This document shows, in pieces, positions 60,784 through 64,000 of a stretch of 64,000 bases of DNA (position 1 is its first letter; each line of letters opens with the position of its first letter). Where the stretch lies: NCBI GenBank assembly GCA_051530055.1, contig CM121341.1, forward strand, positions 14,052,784-14,116,783, in the 5' to 3' direction. Under the pieces are notes generated by a model. It had not been told where the DNA came from. It saw only the letters and a program-made list of their open reading frames with translations, and made no database searches. Origin of the DNA: Neoechinorhynchus agilis. Taxonomy: Eukaryota; Animalia; Acanthocephala. The translations under genes were made by a program, and so were the position numbers.

Positions 60784-61770
60784 TTTTTTTTGTCAATCAA
60801 TGATTTATTCAAATACTGAAAAAGTAACTTTATTTTGGTGGTTTCACCACCTCCCACCAAATTCCAGCTTTTGTCCTTCCTCGACCGTCGCCATCACGCT
60901 GGCAGCATTGCCCCGTTGTACTGCCAGCGAGATATTTTGTCGAAGAAATAAGCCTGCTCTTGAGTCTCCGGTTGCCTCTCTCAATTTCTTCGAGAGATCC
61001 TTGAGCAGAGAGAGTGCCGAGCTGCCGAGCGCTCCATACGTCTCTACCCCAAAGGGGACAAAATAGTGAGCCCTCGATAGCTGCATATATTTTCGTACCT
61101 TCCTCCCTTCCGCTGCACTGGCGGCACCACCGGCGATTTCGAGGGAGTAGGGGATGTTGCTGGCTGCGAGGGTGTCCACACACGTGGCGTCCCAGAGAAG
61201 GCATTTGCCCTCCCGCCACGGGAAGACCGAAATTCCATCGGGCCTACGGCCGTCTAGTCTGCAGAGGTGGGCGGGTTCCAGGATGTTCGGGAAGTTCGCC
61301 GTTCTCAACGCCCGAGAAATTACGTTATTGATTTCAGAATGGCGTGAAAACCTTCCTGCTGACCTTCTGCAGACGAGACCGTGTCGCCCGAAAGCATCAA
61401 CCAAAGACCCACATCGACAGCGATGGGGCGTGCATATCGGGAGACCGAGTCTTAAGGATACTGCGATCCTCGTCACCTCGTCAGTAAGAAGAGTTCCCAC
61501 AGATGCCAGAGGAACAGCCTCCAACCACGCCCCAGATTCTCGTGTTGAAACTGCCAACAGTCTAGCTCGGACGACCCCATCGCGAGAACCTGAAAGAAGA
61601 GAGCTGTGAGCTCTCGCGACAAGAGGTCCGTCCCAGATCGACTGTCTGAGGCCATTCACGGGAACTTGGTTAGCGCCTGTCTGCTGGCACCATTCCTCAA
61701 CCGCCACCACGAAATCCCGGTCAAGACAAAACTTTTCTTTCAAAATGTTCTTCGAGACTGGTAGGCTCCC
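60784..61770 (-). mobile_element. CRE-like element (C2), 5'-truncated, open RLE ORF, A8 tail
   Basis: ORF 60844-61791. Inserted into gatgtataaatt|ga|acgaaggg of the Penelope RT (uninterrupted version at about 62020-62045). Confidence 0.92.
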
Positions 61771-62216
61771 ACGAAGGGAGAATTCATACACAACGAGCGT
61801 GTATAGGAAATATGGTGTCCCGCATCGTTTTGTTCCATGGAGCTCAATGCAACCGCAAAAATATAAAATGTCTAGGATTAGATGTTTATTTCACAGAGCT
61901 TTTACACACTGTAGTGAGGAATTTATACGGGATGAAGAGCTTAATTTCCTATTCGACTTGTCGGGACGAACACATACAGTGGACAATGGACATTGAAGAA
62001 CGAGGATATTTTTCGTTTCTCGATGTATAAATTGAACGAAGGGAGAATTCATACACAACGAGCGTGTATAGGAAATATGGTGTCCCGCATCGTTTTGTTC
62101 CATGGAGCTCAGGGAATGATGCCGGGTAGCGGGAGAGAGGGGATCATTTCGACGCATTTAGAGAAATTCGGATGGAGTTTGTGATTGCTGCAGAAATCTT
62201 TATGAGTATAATTTCG

Positions 62217-62430
62217 TTAGATATTAAGAAGTGGAAGAGGTGAATGGGTGATGAGGGTGAAGTCGTCGGCGTATAAGAAAAGTTTAGAGTGAGAGGAGAG
62301 AGGTACTAGGTCGTTTAGGAAAATATTAAAAAGAAGTGGTGACAGAACAGCACCTTGAGAGACACCTCTGGTGAGGGATAGGCTGATAGAAGAGGTGGAA
62401 CGGCAGTGAATGTATTGTTTGCGAAAGCCC
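62217..62430 (-). mobile_element. LINE family A RT fragment
   Basis: GVSQGAVLSPLLFNIFLND...LYADD. Confidence 0.8.
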
Positions 62431-62437
62431 TCGACAA

Positions 62438-63075
62438 AATAAAAGTTGGCGAACATTTGAGTTTGAATAGCGTTTCCCTCCTTTTAGGTCAGTAATTTTT
62501 GTTCTTTTTCGATTTATTCGATGTATCGGTTGATGCGATGATGATTGCTTCTATGCATGCATGGCACTGATCACTTTGTGATCGATAAAAATTCAATCTG
62601 AGCTGAAATCGATTATATTTCGAATAACAATTACTGAATATTTTATATTCCATCTCTTCCTCTATTTAACTTTTTCTTTAAATAATTGGACATGGTATTA
62701 ACCAAATAAAAGTTGTCGAAGATTTTAGTTTGAATAGCGTTTCCCTCTTTAGATCAATAATTTTTGTTCTTTTTCGATTTATTCGATGTATCGGTTGATG
62801 CGATGATGATTGCTTTTATCCATGCATGTCACTGATCAATTTGTGATCGATAAAAATTTGATCTGAGCTGAAATCGATTATATTTCCTTAATAATTACCT
62901 AGTATCCTATATTCCATTTCGTCCTCTGTTTAATTTTTTCTTTAAATAATTGCACATGCCATTAACCAATAAAAAGTTGGCGAACATTTGGGTTTGAATG
63001 GCGTTTCCCTCCTTTCAGATCCGTAATTTTTGTTCTTTTTTCGATTTATTCGATTTATCGATTGATGCGAAGTTG
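62438..63075. repeat. Tandem repeat, about 265-bp unit, about 2.4 copies
   Basis: Units start at 62438, 62705 and 62968 (aataaaagttg.cgaa.attt..gtttgaat.gcgtttccc). Confidence 0.85.
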
Positions 63076-63739
63076 CTAAGTTCAAAGAGAGCGGCCTGAA
63101 AATAATGCGCAGCAACTAACAAATAATTGAAAATATTAAGCCCATAAACGTCCAAACTCAGATCAGGATGTTGCCTTATGTTTTAGCATTGAACCAGCAC
63201 TAAACGCCTCAATGTTAGGAGGAATGTCTTTGACCGGGCAGATGTAACCACTGGCGATGGACGTCTTCACAAGCCTTTCCAGTTATCCAATAAATAGTCA
63301 GATTATCCATTGACGGCGTCGATTAGGTCTTTGTAGAAGAGATATAACAAAATAATTTGTATCGGACACGTGAAAACCGTTGGTGAGAGATTTAATGCGA
63401 GCTAAATCACTGATCTCAAGTTGCACTAGCAGTTAAAAGCAACAAAAAGTATTGGCCATGCACGCAATCCACATACCTGATTCTGTATTGTAAATCGTTT
63501 AATAGGCGGGTTAGTGTCAAGAAATAGATTATCAAACGTCTTCATTTTCCCACTTGAAGACAGTTCTAGAATCTAAGTTTTTTAGGTCTGCTTAACCTAG
63601 CAATTATGATCGAATCAGTATTTCCTTAATTTCGCTCATTACCCAGTCTAGCATGTGCTTCATACCAATCTCGGATTCTGTAAAGACGTTATTCATGGAT
63701 ATATTTTTTGTTTGGTGATGAGAAACAGAGATCAATTTA

Positions 63740-64000
63740 TTGATTCACTTTCACAATATTTCGTACTTCTCGTCGGACTTCTTCAGGTCTAAAAGGTAGA
63801 TTAGGGTGGCTCTATTTTTTGCCAATATTAGCGTTTTTTGCAGTCGACGCTATTCAATATTTTGTCATTCCTTTTGATTGAGATTTCTATAAATCGCTAT
63901 AAGATCCGACATTCCTGAGGGAACTGTGATATTTTCGGTATTAGTAATAACAAACGCTACTACTAGACCAATATCTTCCAACGCAAAACATATTGCCTAT
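63740..64000 (-). mobile_element. Decayed Penelope-like 3' end with a hammerhead-like motif (63753-63790)
   Basis: TENITV...RFIEISIK..KILN resembles a GIY-YIG C-terminus. ctgaagaagtccgacgagaagtacgaaa belongs to the same family as 8320-8468. Confidence 0.55.

Larger units (their letters stand above)
60070..62110. mobile_element. Rearranged Penelope-like element: GIY-YIG + pLTR on minus, RT pieces on plus, split by a CRE insertion
   Basis: VYKIPCSECNQVYIGQT..RRIQEH (minus, 60153-60500). GLAMRSPLSP, RYVDD, FLDV (plus, 60505-60782). TSVYRK...RAFTHCS..EEL (plus, 61775-61950), then a partial duplication. Confidence 0.88.

Noticed and set aside
27194-61609. Many antisense ORFs in the track (for example 27194-27499, 32977-33312, 36883-37419, 61154-61609)
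   Set aside because: They are shadow frames of GC-richer TE coding sequence; they recur only because the TE recurs.
1-64000. CRISPR array, rRNA, LTR retrotransposon or prokaryotic operon
   Set aside because: No regularly spaced repeat-spacer units, rRNA-like tracts, integrase/protease motifs or operon structure were seen; the genes are spliceosomal.

Overview
AT-rich, transposon-dense eukaryotic (very likely metazoan) genomic DNA; the organism cannot be named from the sequence alone. Host genes with tiny (about 41-55 nt) spliceosomal introns: PUS7/TruD (minus), an ARF-family GTPase (plus), SCYL2 (minus) and a multi-exon LRR protein with a signal peptide (minus). TPK1 (minus) is one open frame, and there is a disrupted, intronless SLC17 (sialin-like) copy. 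Most of the remainder is decayed retroelements: a full-length RTE with a 16-bp TSD, several APE-RT LINE families (one nested in another), about 11 pieces of CRE-like RT/RLE elements, Penelope-like (GIY-YIG) pieces and hAT remnants. The most striking layer is RNA-structural. (1) A twister ribozyme motif sits exactly at the RTE 5' boundary. (2) About 12 hammerhead-like cores are present, mostly minimal Penelope-type with palindromic stem III and several in fold-back pairs. (3) A TSD-flanked, partially tandem 383-bp retroposon (41374-41946) has a tRNA-derived Pol III head, no T4 terminator, and a hammerhead whose three strands occur in a non-canonical order. All family assignments come from manual translation and motif recognition; no database search or folding computation was run.
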